From positions 4,640,001-4,704,000 of the forward strand of contig CBDETK010000013.1 in the NCBI GenBank assembly GCA_965242865.1: a DNA stretch of 64,000 nucleotides, written 5' to 3'. How positions within the stretch are numbered: position 1 is the stretch's first letter; each line of letters starts with the position of its first letter. Shown piece after piece: positions 8,696 to 19,055 of this stretch. Below the pieces are notes generated by a model. That model worked only from the letters and a program-made list of their open reading frames with translations. It was not told where the DNA came from and searched no databases. This DNA is from Candidatus Latescibacterota bacterium. GTDB lineage: Bacteria > Latescibacterota > UBA2968 > UBA8231. Both the position numbers and the translations under genes were made by a program.

Positions 8696-10543
8696 ATGAA
8701 AGCCGCGCTGCTGTCTTTTCTGGCCCCGACCTTGGCTTGGGGACTCACCATATATCGAGTGGGTGGCCATGGGCTTCCGCCGCCCGAATTGGCGAGCCAT
8801 CCAGCCGTGGAGTTTGTCCAGTTGAGCTGGGAGCGCTTTGCCGAGGGCACCGAGGGGGTGCAGGTCGGCGTGGAGGTCGGCCAGGAGGGCCGGCTCGCCC
8901 CGGTGTTCATTCCTTCGGACGAGAATATGGCGCGGTCTTCCTTTGCCCGCGGCGGCGGCCCCGGCAGTTGGAAGTACAATTTTCTCACCAAAGGCGAAGA
9001 AATCGATCGGATCGCCGACGGCGATTCAACCACTTTTCTCGACCCGGCCGTGCTGGTCGCGCGCTCGGAGTCGTCCTTGGTGTATCTCGATTTAGGCGGC
9101 CGCTTCTTGGTGAACCGAGTGGTCGTCTATCCCCGCCCGAATCATCCCGACCGCCTCATTGCGGACTACACCCTGTACTCGTTGCCCAAGGGGACGATAA
9201 GGCCACAGAGCAAAAACGCAATCGCGCGGGGGACCGACAACCGAAATCCGCGGCTCGAAATCAACTTTGTCCCCCGGGTTCTCGATCAGATCCAGCTCAA
9301 TATCCACAAAAAAGAGGGTTGGGAGATCGCCGAGCTGGAGGTCTATGGCGAGGGCTATGTATCGAGTGCCCTGTACACTTCCGGGGCTTTTGACCTCGGC
9401 CAGCCATCCAGCTTGGGTGCGGTCCGCTGGTCGGGCTTTGCAGATACCCACGCTAAACTGAGCATCCGCACGCGCAGCGGCCATACGGCGGATCCCAATC
9501 GCTACTGGCGGTTTACCGGCCGCGGCCAAGAGAAAACCTTCCGCAATGCACAGGGGGAGCCCTTGACCGGGGCCGACTACCACAACCTAAAGGGCAACAA
9601 AGCCGAAATCACCACGGACCTCGACAACTGGAGTTCGTGGTCCGGGCCGTACGATTGGGCCGACCGGCGCGGCACGGCGATTACCTCGCCGAGCCCCCGA
9701 CAATTCATCCAAGTGCAGTTGGAGTTTGTACCCAGTGGACTGGACGGCGCGGCCCTCGATTTTATTGAATTCCGCGTCACCCAGCCGCCGGTGGCCGGGC
9801 GGGTGCTCGGCGAGATCTGGCCGATTGAGGTAACGCCCGGGGAAGAGACGGCCTTTGTCTATGCCATGCGGCCGGATTTTGCCGGCGGCGAAAGCGGCTT
9901 TGACCGCTTGGTGCTGGAGACGGCGGGGCAGTTCACCAGCGTCGATTCCGTGCGCGTCAATGAGGAAGTGCAGGATTGGCGCCTCGTCGAGCCGTTGACG
10001 GACCAGCGGTTGGTCTTGGAAGTGGGGCGCATGGACCGGAGCAAGACCGGCCGCGTGGTGGAGGTGTTCTTTAAGGGGCGGGTGTTTCGCTTTGGCACGG
10101 TGTTCGCCGCCGAGGTCTTCGATAGCCAACGCCCGCTGGAGGTGGGGCAGTTGGTCGAAGATGGGGATGCGACCTTCCGCCTAGACGGCAACCAGCGGTC
10201 GGTGGGGATTGAGTTGGGCCGCACGATCGTCAGTGAGTTGGTGCTCAGTTCGCAGGTATGCACGCCCAATGGCGACCGAGTCAACGACGAGGTCCATATC
10301 GAGTACACGCTGCTCGAACTGGCCGGCACCGGCGCGGTGGAAGTGGGCATATTCGATCTGGCGGGACGCCGAGTGCGCCAGGTGTATCGGGGCGCGGATA
10401 CCAGCGGCCAATACGCCCGGAGGTGGGATGGCCGGGCCGATGGCGGGAGCGTGGTGGCGCCGGGTGTATATCTCTACCGAGTACAGGTGGATACAGACGA
10501 AGGACGGACCGAACGCAGTGGACTCGTGGCGGTCGCGTATTGA
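8696..10543 (+). CDS. Secreted protein with discoidin/galactose-binding-like domain and C-terminal FlgD-Ig domain (paralog 1)
   Basis: Signal peptide; DGDSTT..LDLG..EIAELEVYGEGY; WSSWS..SPSPRQFIQ; TPNGDRVND..IFDLAGRRVR..WDGR..PGVYLY; ends LVAVAY. Confidence 0.8.
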   Translation: MKAALLSFLAPTLAWGLTIYRVGGHGLPPPELASHPAVEFVQLSWERFAEGTEGVQVGVEVGQEGRLAPVFIPSDENMARSSFARGGGPGSWKYNFLTKGEEIDRIADGDSTTFLDPAVLVARSESSLVYLDLGGRFLVNRVVVYPRPNHPDRLIADYTLYSLPKGTIRPQSKNAIARGTDNRNPRLEINFVPRVLDQIQLNIHKKEGWEIAELEVYGEGYVSSALYTSGAFDLGQPSSLGAVRWSGFADTHAKLSIRTRSGHTADPNRYWRFTGRGQEKTFRNAQGEPLTGADYHNLKGNKAEITTDLDNWSSWSGPYDWADRRGTAITSPSPRQFIQVQLEFVPSGLDGAALDFIEFRVTQPPVAGRVLGEIWPIEVTPGEETAFVYAMRPDFAGGESGFDRLVLETAGQFTSVDSVRVNEEVQDWRLVEPLTDQRLVLEVGRMDRSKTGRVVEVFFKGRVFRFGTVFAAEVFDSQRPLEVGQLVEDGDATFRLDGNQRSVGIELGRTIVSELVLSSQVCTPNGDRVNDEVHIEYTLLELAGTGAVEVGIFDLAGRRVRQVYRGADTSGQYARRWDGRADGGSVVAPGVYLYRVQVDTDEGRTERSGLVAVAY

Positions 10544-10566
10544 GCGGCAGCTCAAAGGAGAAAGCA

Positions 10567-11436
10567 ATGGACAGCATGTATCTGCGCTGGGCTGGCTGTG
10601 GGCACTTTGAGGCCCTATTGGGCGATGTCAACGTGTGTTTTGATCCCTATCTCTTCGGCGAAGAACTCGACCGAGCCGAACCGATTTTCGACTACGTTTT
10701 CATCAGCCACGAGCACTTTGACCATTGTCACCCCAAGACCTTGCACAAGCTCTGTAGGGGCGAGCGCTGGAAAAAACTCTTCGTCCCCATCGGCTGTCTG
10801 ACGCCCAACGAACCCATTGACGAACACTACGGCGACGCCGCTTTTGCCCGCGACCTGCCCATCACCAAGCACATCGACCCGGCCAAGGTCCAAGTGGTCT
10901 ATCCCAAGTACCAGGACGTCGCGCGCTATGGCCGCCGCGAATTTCCCGGCCCCTTTGCGCTCGACCTAGGGCCGCTTCAAGTCGAAGTGTACGAAAGCGG
11001 CGAAAGCGCCCGGCCGGACCTGCCCACTTGCGCCTATCTAGTCACCCATGCCGCCCGGGATGTAGCCATTTTCCACACCGGAGATTTGCACGGGGCCTAT
11101 CCGCCGCTGGAGAATCTGCGCGGCCGCGTCGATTACTTAGTGCATATGAAGACGCCGATGGGGCCGCTGATCAATGCGGTGCGGCCCAAATTCGTCATTC
11201 CCACCCACTATCGGACGGACCGCCAGTCCGAGCCGATTCCGGCCGGCCATTGGCCGCCCAATCTAACGGACGTCAACGCCTTCCTCGAAGACCTGCGGCA
11301 GCAGATTGACGGTCAAGCCCAATTGCTGCCCTTTACCGCGCCCATTCAATACGAAGTGGAGCTGCCAGCCAAAAAGGTCAAGTGGGCGTGGGCGTGGTAC
11401 AATTCATGGGATGTTCCGGCTTGGCGCGCCGAGTAA
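10567..11436 (+). CDS. MBL-fold metallo-hydrolase (UlaG-like)
   Basis: ISHEHFDHC, FHTGD, IPTHY motifs; AAAGGAG SD before ATG 10567. Confidence 0.85.
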   Translation: MDSMYLRWAGCGHFEALLGDVNVCFDPYLFGEELDRAEPIFDYVFISHEHFDHCHPKTLHKLCRGERWKKLFVPIGCLTPNEPIDEHYGDAAFARDLPITKHIDPAKVQVVYPKYQDVARYGRREFPGPFALDLGPLQVEVYESGESARPDLPTCAYLVTHAARDVAIFHTGDLHGAYPPLENLRGRVDYLVHMKTPMGPLINAVRPKFVIPTHYRTDRQSEPIPAGHWPPNLTDVNAFLEDLRQQIDGQAQLLPFTAPIQYEVELPAKKVKWAWAWYNSWDVPAWRAE

Positions 11437-11450
11437 GCGCGCCCCTTGGG

Positions 11451-13586
11451 GTGGCCCAACCTTTTCGGCCCATAGGAAGGAAAAGGTACGGCCTTCTCGC
11501 CTTGGCGTGGCTGTCGTTGGCCGCCGAGGCCCCAGCGCAGACCATCGCCTTGGGGGAAGGCGGGCGGGCGTGGTTGGGCGGGGGAGAAGAAATGGACCCG
11601 CAATTCCGCTTGTCTAATACCGAGTTGGCCGTTGGCAATACGCCGGGCGGCGTCATCGACTTTGCGTTTGCCGAGGGGTGGATTTTCCCGCAACAGATCG
11701 ACCCCGGGCGGAATCTGGCCCTCGGCGCGGCCGACCGGGAGGGCGGCATGAATTCGCCCCTGCCCTCGATCAGCGAGGCTTCGCTGGCGGCCATGATTGA
11801 CGGGGATGCAGAAACGGCCTTTCGCCGCAAGGCCAACGCGGCCGGAGAAGTGGTCATCGCCCGCGGCATCATTATGGACTTGGACTTGGGGGCGCGCTTT
11901 GGCGTCAACCGAATCCGGTTTTTCCCGCGCAACACCATTCGCCCCAGCGCGGAGTTCAAGTTTGAAAACGACTTCATGCGCGGCTATGCCCTCCAACTAA
12001 ACGACGGCAGCGAGGAAGCGTCGGTGGAAGGCCGCCCGCAGTACACGACCTTCGTGCGGGTCGAGGACAATACCGAGGCCGTCGTCGAGTGGTCTCTGCC
12101 CTTGCAATTCGTGCGCTACGTGCGATTGGTGTCCCTGTCCAACATCGGCTTTGAGGTGGATGAGTTGGAGGTCTTCGGCGCGGGCTTCGTGCCCGAAGCC
12201 CAGTACTTGTCGGACATCTTCGATCTGGGCGATTTAGCCAACTGGGGCCATATCCGCTGGAGCGAGCGGCGCGAGGGCCTAGCCGGCCTGTCGGCCATTC
12301 GCGTTTTCACCCGGTCCGGCCGCGACCCTACGCCCTTTATCTTCAATCGCTTCAACGCCGACTTGCAGGAAGTGCCTTGGCAGGAGGCGGCCGCAATCAA
12401 CGGCGTCTTGCTCGACGACCTGCCCCTAGACGAGGCGTTCGATCAGTACAACTCCCAATCCGCAGCCGTGCGGCAAGCCCTCGCGCTGTCGCAGGCCGAG
12501 CACGCCGGTTTGCCCCTCCAGCAAAAAGCACCCATAAGAGACGACCTAATCAACTGGAGCAACTGGTCGCCCCCCTACCCGCCCGCGGGAACGACCCCGG
12601 CCGGCACGCCCATTGTCTCGCCCGGTCCGCGGCAGTACTTCCAGTTCAGGATCGATTTTGTCAGCCGCGATTTTCTCGCCGCGGCCGGGGTTGGCGTCCT
12701 GTCCTTTGACCTCGCCCGACCGGTGCCGGCCGAAAAAATCGTCGGCGAAATTTTCCCCCGCGAGGTCGCGGCCGGGGAGGTGGTGGAGTTCACCTACGGG
12801 GCGCGGGTGGGAGTCCGGCCGCAGGATACGGGGTTCAATCGCTTTGAAGTATCCTCGCCGAGCGTCTTTGAAAAAATCGGCCGCATCGAGGTGCTCAATG
12901 CCCGGGACGAGCTCATCGCCGGGGAGGATTTTGACGCGGTCCTCGCCGAGGCGCGCCTGCCGCTGCGGGCGGGCGAGTTCAGCATTGAGAGCGCCGCGGC
13001 CGGCCGCTTTGTCGTCGGCTTCCCGCTGGTCGGCGATGGCGATTTGCTCAAAATTTCGTTCACGACTTCGGTTTTGCGCTTTGGACAGGGGTTTGCCGGT
13101 AGCGCTTGGCTGGTCGATCCGGCCGCGCCCGAGCCGTTGCCGCAGTCGGTGGTGCCGGGCAATGCGGCTCAACTGGGGGCCGCAGACGTGGATCCGCGGC
13201 CGGTGGGCAGCGAGGATTTGACTGCAGTGGACAACAACTTAGCGGTGCGCATCGCCATAAGGGGCTCGCTGCTGGGGCGACTGCACGTGACCCCGGAGGT
13301 TTTTACCCCCAACGGCGACGGGATCAACGAGGCGGCCGCGGTCCATTTTGAGGTGCTGCGGCTGGGGGTAGGCGCTCCGCTCAGGGTGGAGATCCGCGAT
13401 TTGAGCGGTCGGTTCATCGCCGCGCCCTTTGCGGATGACCGGGCCAGCGGTCGCTTTGCCGCCGCTTGGGATGGGCGGGATGGCACCGGCGCGGTGGTGG
13501 CGCCGGGCATCTATTTGGTGCGCGTCTCGCTCGCTACAAATGTCGGCGCCGAGGCCAAAACCGGCCTCGTTCGCGTGGCGTACTGA
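11451..13586 (+). CDS. Secreted discoidin-like/FlgD-Ig protein (paralog 2); start codon uncertain
   Basis: Signal peptide-like RKRYGLLALAWLSLAAEAPAQ; MIDGDAETAF, LDLGARFGVNRIRFFP, SPGPRQYFQ, TPNGDGINE; ends LVRVAY. Confidence 0.8.
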   Translation: MAQPFRPIGRKRYGLLALAWLSLAAEAPAQTIALGEGGRAWLGGGEEMDPQFRLSNTELAVGNTPGGVIDFAFAEGWIFPQQIDPGRNLALGAADREGGMNSPLPSISEASLAAMIDGDAETAFRRKANAAGEVVIARGIIMDLDLGARFGVNRIRFFPRNTIRPSAEFKFENDFMRGYALQLNDGSEEASVEGRPQYTTFVRVEDNTEAVVEWSLPLQFVRYVRLVSLSNIGFEVDELEVFGAGFVPEAQYLSDIFDLGDLANWGHIRWSERREGLAGLSAIRVFTRSGRDPTPFIFNRFNADLQEVPWQEAAAINGVLLDDLPLDEAFDQYNSQSAAVRQALALSQAEHAGLPLQQKAPIRDDLINWSNWSPPYPPAGTTPAGTPIVSPGPRQYFQFRIDFVSRDFLAAAGVGVLSFDLARPVPAEKIVGEIFPREVAAGEVVEFTYGARVGVRPQDTGFNRFEVSSPSVFEKIGRIEVLNARDELIAGEDFDAVLAEARLPLRAGEFSIESAAAGRFVVGFPLVGDGDLLKISFTTSVLRFGQGFAGSAWLVDPAAPEPLPQSVVPGNAAQLGAADVDPRPVGSEDLTAVDNNLAVRIAIRGSLLGRLHVTPEVFTPNGDGINEAAAVHFEVLRLGVGAPLRVEIRDLSGRFIAAPFADDRASGRFAAAWDGRDGTGAVVAPGIYLVRVSLATNVGAEAKTGLVRVAY

Positions 13587-13598
13587 GGGAGGGCGTTT

Positions 13599-16328
13599 AT
13601 GTATGGCCGGTGCGGGTTGGCTTTTCTGCTCCTTTGCTGCTTGCTGAGTCCAGCGTGGGTCCAAGCGCAGGATTACGGCTCGCGCCTCGGGGTGCAGCGC
13701 GGCGGTCGGGTGTCGTACGAACCTCGGGGGCCGGGCGTGCTCTTTGACGCCCTCGACCCCACCCTCAAACGCTGGTACGTGCCTCAAGAACTCTACAACG
13801 AGTACCGCTGGCGGCCTTGGCAGTACAACAACTACGCCCGCGAGAACTACCAGCGCTACGTCAATACGGCCATTGAGGGCCATTACTTCTACGACCTATA
13901 CGGCAATTTTGTCACCCAAGGCTGGCTGATCTACGACATGCGCCGGCAACAACCGGCCGAGTTCGGCAGCACCGTGTTTAAGGACAGCCGCTACGGCTCG
14001 TGGTTCAACAACGTCTTGATCGCCTCGGACAGCAAGGGCCAAAACCACTACGCGGTGACCATTGGCAACAGCATTCGCACGACCCTGACGCCGCTGACTT
14101 TTTCCAAGCCGGCCTTCAACGGCATCGAGGCCGATTTTGCCGCGGACAAATACCAAGCCACCGTGCTGTTGTCGCGCATCAGCGCCCCCAACCAAGTGGG
14201 CGTCGCCGTGGGCGCCGTGCCCACGGGCGTATCGAACACCACCGACTTTCTCGGCGGCCACTTCACCGCGCAGGTGGGCGATTTCGTCTCCTTGGGCGCC
14301 ACCTATGTCAACGCCCACCAGTCCAACACGCTGTTGGAGAGCTTTCTCGGGGGGCGCGCCCAAGGCGATTTGACCGTCGAGCAAAACAGCAGCGCGGTCA
14401 CCCGCATTGAAATTTTGCTCGAAGACGACTCGCCCGCCGATGGCCGGGGGGGGGCCGCGCTGTTTTCGCAAAACATCATCATCACGGCGATTCGGGACTT
14501 CAACACCGGCGAGCGCGAAACCGTCACCGGCAAGGAGATCAACTTCACGCCCCTCGTCCAAGGCGGCTTCCAGCGGCCGGGGGGCTTTTTGGCCGCGGAC
14601 GGGGACGAGGCCATTCGCCTGATCTACGATTTTTCCGACCGCGCCTATTTGGGGCCAGACCCCTCGACCATTGTCGAGGTTACGTTCGAGTTGGTGCTGG
14701 CCAACGACTACAAGGTGTCGATGGCCTCCAATCGCCAACTGAGCCGCACGGGCGAATTCCATCCCCTGCTCATCGCCCGGGCCGACGGCAATGTGCGCGA
14801 CACTTCAAACCAGCGGCTCGTGCGCTTTGACTACGGCCTACCCACCGCCAACCAAATTTTCGGCTTCCACCTCGCGACGACTCGCTTCTTAGGCTTTGAC
14901 ACCTATGCCGAATACGCGGTCAACCACCAATTCAGAAAATACCCCAACCCCAATGTAGAAGGCGACCACCAAGCGGCTGCGCGGCGGGCCGATGCTTGGA
15001 TGCTCAACGCGGCGAAAACCGCCTATCCGTGGTTTGTCTATGGCGAGGCTTTCAGCATGGGCAAAGACTACGCGACCCGCATCTTTCTCAGCGACCCGCG
15101 GGGCGTCATTGACTATGCGACCCACAACCGATTCTTCGAGTTCGTCGAGGACAACGACGACCAAGACCGCACGCCCGACTGGGGACGAGCCAACCAAGCC
15201 GGCCCCGACATTGAAGTCTTTCCCGGCTGGGACGAAAACAACGATTTCATCAACGACTTCAACCAAAACGACAACCGCACGCGCGAGAACCAGTTGCCCG
15301 ATTACGAAGAACCCTTCCTGCGCTATCACAGCGACCGGCCCGAATTTCTCTTTGGCATTGATCTCAACAACAACGGCTGGATTGACCGCTTTGAAAACGA
15401 CACCGAGCCCGACTTCCCGTACAAGCGAGACCATCGGGGGTACAACGCCTACGGCGGCGTTCACCTGACGCCGGAGATCCGGCTGACCGCGGGGCGGACC
15501 CGGCAGTGGTTGATCTCGGCGGCGCGGCGCAGCGAGACCAGTTACGCCCTCTTTACCTTGGACAAGGATATTGCCGGCTGGGGGCGCGTCCGGGTCTTTG
15601 AACACCTCAAACGGGCGCGCGACGCGATCGCGGACGACCGCATCGCGCCCCTGCCCTTTTTCCGCGGGCCGCAGCTACCGGTCCAAGATGTACTGCCGGC
15701 CCAAGACACGTGGATCAACGCGGTGTGGCTGGGCTTTAAGTACACGGGCACGGCCAACCTCGTGGTGGAAAACAAGCTCAAGTGGGAATTTTTCCACCAA
15801 TTGCTCGACGATGAGGTCTTGGCCGAGCGGGGGGCGCGGCGGGATTCGCGCTTTTTCGGGCTGATCAATAAGGCGGAGTATGCCCTCGACCTAGCCGGGG
15901 TGGAGCTGATGCCGCGGGTCAAAAGCGAGTACCTGATTGACTCGCCCTTTCTGCGGGCCGAAGACGAGCGCAAGCAGTGGACGCCGAGTCTGTTTTTCAT
16001 TACCCGCCTGCCGCTGATGCCGCGCACCCAGATCGAAGCGGGCTGGGAGCAAAATTACCGCTGGGAGTTGCTGCGCGACGAAAAGGCCCTAGTGGAGACG
16101 GGGGCCGAGGGGGTGGATACCGGGGATCAGCGCGAGACCATTCTGGCGATTCAGGCGACCAACATCAGCGATTATTTGGGCTATAAACTGATCACCCAGC
16201 TCGGGTTCCAATACGAGCGCCGCGCCGCGGAAATCGTCGAAAAGAAAGCCGCGGATTTCGGCTTGGGGAACCGGACCTCGACCGGGTTCACGACCTTCAT
16301 CACGGTGTACGCCGGGCTGGGTCTCTAG
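13599..16328 (+). CDS. Large exported hypothetical protein, putative outer-membrane beta-barrel with Ca-binding loops (paralog A)
   Basis: Signal peptide (AQA/VQA|Q); amphipathic beta-strand patterns; DNDDQD, WDENND, DLNNNG motifs; GGAGG SD; colinear with the next ORF. Confidence 0.75.
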   Translation: MYGRCGLAFLLLCCLLSPAWVQAQDYGSRLGVQRGGRVSYEPRGPGVLFDALDPTLKRWYVPQELYNEYRWRPWQYNNYARENYQRYVNTAIEGHYFYDLYGNFVTQGWLIYDMRRQQPAEFGSTVFKDSRYGSWFNNVLIASDSKGQNHYAVTIGNSIRTTLTPLTFSKPAFNGIEADFAADKYQATVLLSRISAPNQVGVAVGAVPTGVSNTTDFLGGHFTAQVGDFVSLGATYVNAHQSNTLLESFLGGRAQGDLTVEQNSSAVTRIEILLEDDSPADGRGGAALFSQNIIITAIRDFNTGERETVTGKEINFTPLVQGGFQRPGGFLAADGDEAIRLIYDFSDRAYLGPDPSTIVEVTFELVLANDYKVSMASNRQLSRTGEFHPLLIARADGNVRDTSNQRLVRFDYGLPTANQIFGFHLATTRFLGFDTYAEYAVNHQFRKYPNPNVEGDHQAAARRADAWMLNAAKTAYPWFVYGEAFSMGKDYATRIFLSDPRGVIDYATHNRFFEFVEDNDDQDRTPDWGRANQAGPDIEVFPGWDENNDFINDFNQNDNRTRENQLPDYEEPFLRYHSDRPEFLFGIDLNNNGWIDRFENDTEPDFPYKRDHRGYNAYGGVHLTPEIRLTAGRTRQWLISAARRSETSYALFTLDKDIAGWGRVRVFEHLKRARDAIADDRIAPLPFFRGPQLPVQDVLPAQDTWINAVWLGFKYTGTANLVVENKLKWEFFHQLLDDEVLAERGARRDSRFFGLINKAEYALDLAGVELMPRVKSEYLIDSPFLRAEDERKQWTPSLFFITRLPLMPRTQIEAGWEQNYRWELLRDEKALVETGAEGVDTGDQRETILAIQATNISDYLGYKLITQLGFQYERRAAEIVEKKAADFGLGNRTSTGFTTFITVYAGLGL

Positions 16329-16330
16329 CC

Positions 16331-19051
16331 GTGGCCCGGGTGGTTATGGCCATACTCGCCCTGTTGTCGCTCGGCGGCGAGCTCGGCGGCGAGGAATACG
16401 GCAATCGCTTGGGGCGGGGGCACGGCGGCGGGCTGCAATACGTCACGCGCAGCCGCAGCACGCTCATCAACGCCATTGATCCGCGGATCCAGAAGTGGTA
16501 CATGCCCCAAGAACTGTACCGCGAATACCGCCTCAAGCAGTGGGAATACACCAATTATGCGCGGAATTTCTATCGCAGCTATTTATCGGCCACGCTCGAA
16601 GGAGATTACTTCTACGACTTGTTTGGCCGCCGCGTGATGCACGGGTGGTTGGTGTACGAGGCGAGAAAGGAGCAGCCTAGAGCGTCGGAGGGCAACAGCC
16701 TGCTCAAGGGCCTGCCCTACGGCGGCAATTTCCAGAACCTGATCATCGCCTCGGACTCCAAGGGGCAGCACCACTTCTCCCTGACCATAGGCGATGCGAT
16801 CGCCACGACCCTCACGCCGATGACGTTCCGCAAGGCCGCCTTCAACGGCGTCCAGTTTCACTATCTGCAAAACCGCTACGCGGGCACGGTGCTGTTGTCG
16901 CGCATCAGTGCGCCGCTGGTCACCACCTCGTCGTTCGACGTGGGGCTGACCAATGCCACGGAATTGACCGCCGGGCGGCTCACCGCCCAGTTGGGCGATC
17001 ACCTCACGGTCGGCGGTACGTACGTCAACAGCCACAACAGCCGCGCCACCTTGGAGCGCTTTGCCGGCAACATGTTCAAGGGGTTTCTCACCACCGACCA
17101 AGCCAGCAACGCCGTCACATTTGTCGAGGTGCGCCTCAGCGACGATTCGCCCGAAGACGGCGAGAATGGGGCCGTTCTCTTTGCCGAGAACATCATCTTA
17201 AAGGACGTGCGCGGTCATCAGTGGAACGGGGCGCAGGTCGGGTACGTGCCGGCGCGCACGGGCGGCGAATTGCGCGACGGTTTTGCGGTGGCCGACGGCG
17301 GCGACCGCATGGTGCTGCGCTACAATCTCGAAGCCTTGGCCGCGGCGCGGGTCGTGGAAGTGGATGGCGAGCGTACATGGCAGCCGACTGCGGTCGATTC
17401 CCTCGCCGAGGTGCGCTTTGAATTGGCCTTAGCCAATGATTATCGGGTCGAGGTCGCTTCAAATCGCCAGACCAATATCGAGGCGCAGCCGGTCTTCCTC
17501 TTGGTCGAGCGCGCCCCGGGCAATGTCGGCGATACCTCCAATCGGCGCACCGTGCGGTTTGACTACGGCTTACCCACGGCCAATCAGCTCGCGGGCCTCA
17601 CCTTGGAGGTGCGCCAACTGTGGGGTTTTGACCTGTACGCCGAATTAAACGTCAACCACCGCTTTGCCCAGTACCCCAGCCCCCTGCTGGCGACCCACCG
17701 CACCTCCTCTCGCCGGGCCGCGGCGTGGATGGTTGAGCTCGCGCATAGACGAGCGCCCTATTTTTTGCACGGCGAAGTCTTCAGCATGGACCCAGAGTAC
17801 ACCACCAGCGTCTTTATGACCGAGACCAACGGGCGCGTCGATTACGTCGATCCAGAGTCCTTTTTGTACGACTATGTCGATGACAACGACGATTTGGACC
17901 GCTTCCCGGATCAAAAGCGCCGGTGGCAATCCTCGAGATTGGGGCAAACCCTTTCCACGGGCGAGGGCGCGGCCGACCCGGCCGTGTTCCCCGGTTGGGA
18001 CGAGAACGGCGATTTCATCTCCGATTTCAATCAGAACGACACGCCGACGCGCCGCAATGCACTGGCCGATTACGAGGAGCCCTTTTTGCGCTTTAGCGTC
18101 GATCGCCCCGAGTTCCTTTTTGGCCTGGACATGAACAACAACGGCTGGATCGACCGCTTTGAAGACGACGCAGAGCCGGACTATCCCTACGACCGGGATC
18201 TGCGGGGATACAACGTGTACGGCGGCGTTGACATCGCGCCCCAGGTGCGCTTGATCGCGGGCCAGACGCAGCAGTGGCAGTTGTCGAGCAAGCGGCGCAG
18301 CGAGGCCGCCTACGGCCTTTTGGTCCTAGAGCAAGACTGGCCCGGCCTAGGGCGTCTGCGAGTCTTTGAGCAGCTAAAAAAGGTGCGCGACAATATCGCG
18401 GACGACCGCTTGGCCCCGCCGCAGGCACTGGGCGAGCAGCAGGCCGTGGTCGAGGACCCGCTCGCGGCCCAGAACACTTGGATCCACACCGCGTGGCTGG
18501 GGTTTGATTACACGGGCCTAAAATCGCTGCAGGTGATCAACAAGTTCAAGTACCAGGGCTTTCACCAACGCGCCGCCCAGCCGGTGCTCGCCGCGCGCGG
18601 GGCGCGGCCCTTGGGGTACTTTTTGGGCGTGGTCAACAAGGTCGATTACGGCCGCGATCTGGGCCGAGTACACCTCCGCCCGCGCCTTAAAAACGAGTTG
18701 TTCTGGGAGGTCCCCTATCTAGCGCGAGCCAGCGCGCGTCAGTGGTGGAAACAGTTGCTGTCGTTCAGCGTGCGGTTCCCCATTTTTAAGGAGTCGTGGA
18801 TTGAGACGGGCGTTGAGCAGGTTTTTACCACCGACCTCGCCACGGCCCCCCAAGCAGGTGACCGCACGGGCGATGGCCAGCAGACGATTCTGGCGATTGA
18901 GCTGACCAATTACGGCACGTACTTGGGCTACCGCTCGGTCATGCAGTGCGGCCTGCGCTTCGATCGGGACCAGTTTGAGCGCGTTGGCCGCCGGGCCGCA
19001 ACCCAGACCGGCAGCCTCGTCTTTGTCTCGTTCTACGCCGGGCTGGAGTAG
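16331..19051 (+). CDS. Large exported hypothetical protein (paralog B)
   Basis: Shares YGxRLG, WYxPQELY, IIASDSKGQHH, FDYGLPTANQ, FPGWDENxDF and final YAGL with 13599..16328. Confidence 0.75.
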   Translation: MARVVMAILALLSLGGELGGEEYGNRLGRGHGGGLQYVTRSRSTLINAIDPRIQKWYMPQELYREYRLKQWEYTNYARNFYRSYLSATLEGDYFYDLFGRRVMHGWLVYEARKEQPRASEGNSLLKGLPYGGNFQNLIIASDSKGQHHFSLTIGDAIATTLTPMTFRKAAFNGVQFHYLQNRYAGTVLLSRISAPLVTTSSFDVGLTNATELTAGRLTAQLGDHLTVGGTYVNSHNSRATLERFAGNMFKGFLTTDQASNAVTFVEVRLSDDSPEDGENGAVLFAENIILKDVRGHQWNGAQVGYVPARTGGELRDGFAVADGGDRMVLRYNLEALAAARVVEVDGERTWQPTAVDSLAEVRFELALANDYRVEVASNRQTNIEAQPVFLLVERAPGNVGDTSNRRTVRFDYGLPTANQLAGLTLEVRQLWGFDLYAELNVNHRFAQYPSPLLATHRTSSRRAAAWMVELAHRRAPYFLHGEVFSMDPEYTTSVFMTETNGRVDYVDPESFLYDYVDDNDDLDRFPDQKRRWQSSRLGQTLSTGEGAADPAVFPGWDENGDFISDFNQNDTPTRRNALADYEEPFLRFSVDRPEFLFGLDMNNNGWIDRFEDDAEPDYPYDRDLRGYNVYGGVDIAPQVRLIAGQTQQWQLSSKRRSEAAYGLLVLEQDWPGLGRLRVFEQLKKVRDNIADDRLAPPQALGEQQAVVEDPLAAQNTWIHTAWLGFDYTGLKSLQVINKFKYQGFHQRAAQPVLAARGARPLGYFLGVVNKVDYGRDLGRVHLRPRLKNELFWEVPYLARASARQWWKQLLSFSVRFPIFKESWIETGVEQVFTTDLATAPQAGDRTGDGQQTILAIELTNYGTYLGYRSVMQCGLRFDRDQFERVGRRAATQTGSLVFVSFYAGLE

Positions 19052-19055
19052 CAAG

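Noticed and set aside
10258-10566. N-terminal extension of the MBL ORF
   Set aside because: Overlaps the upstream gene; a strong SD marks ATG 10567.
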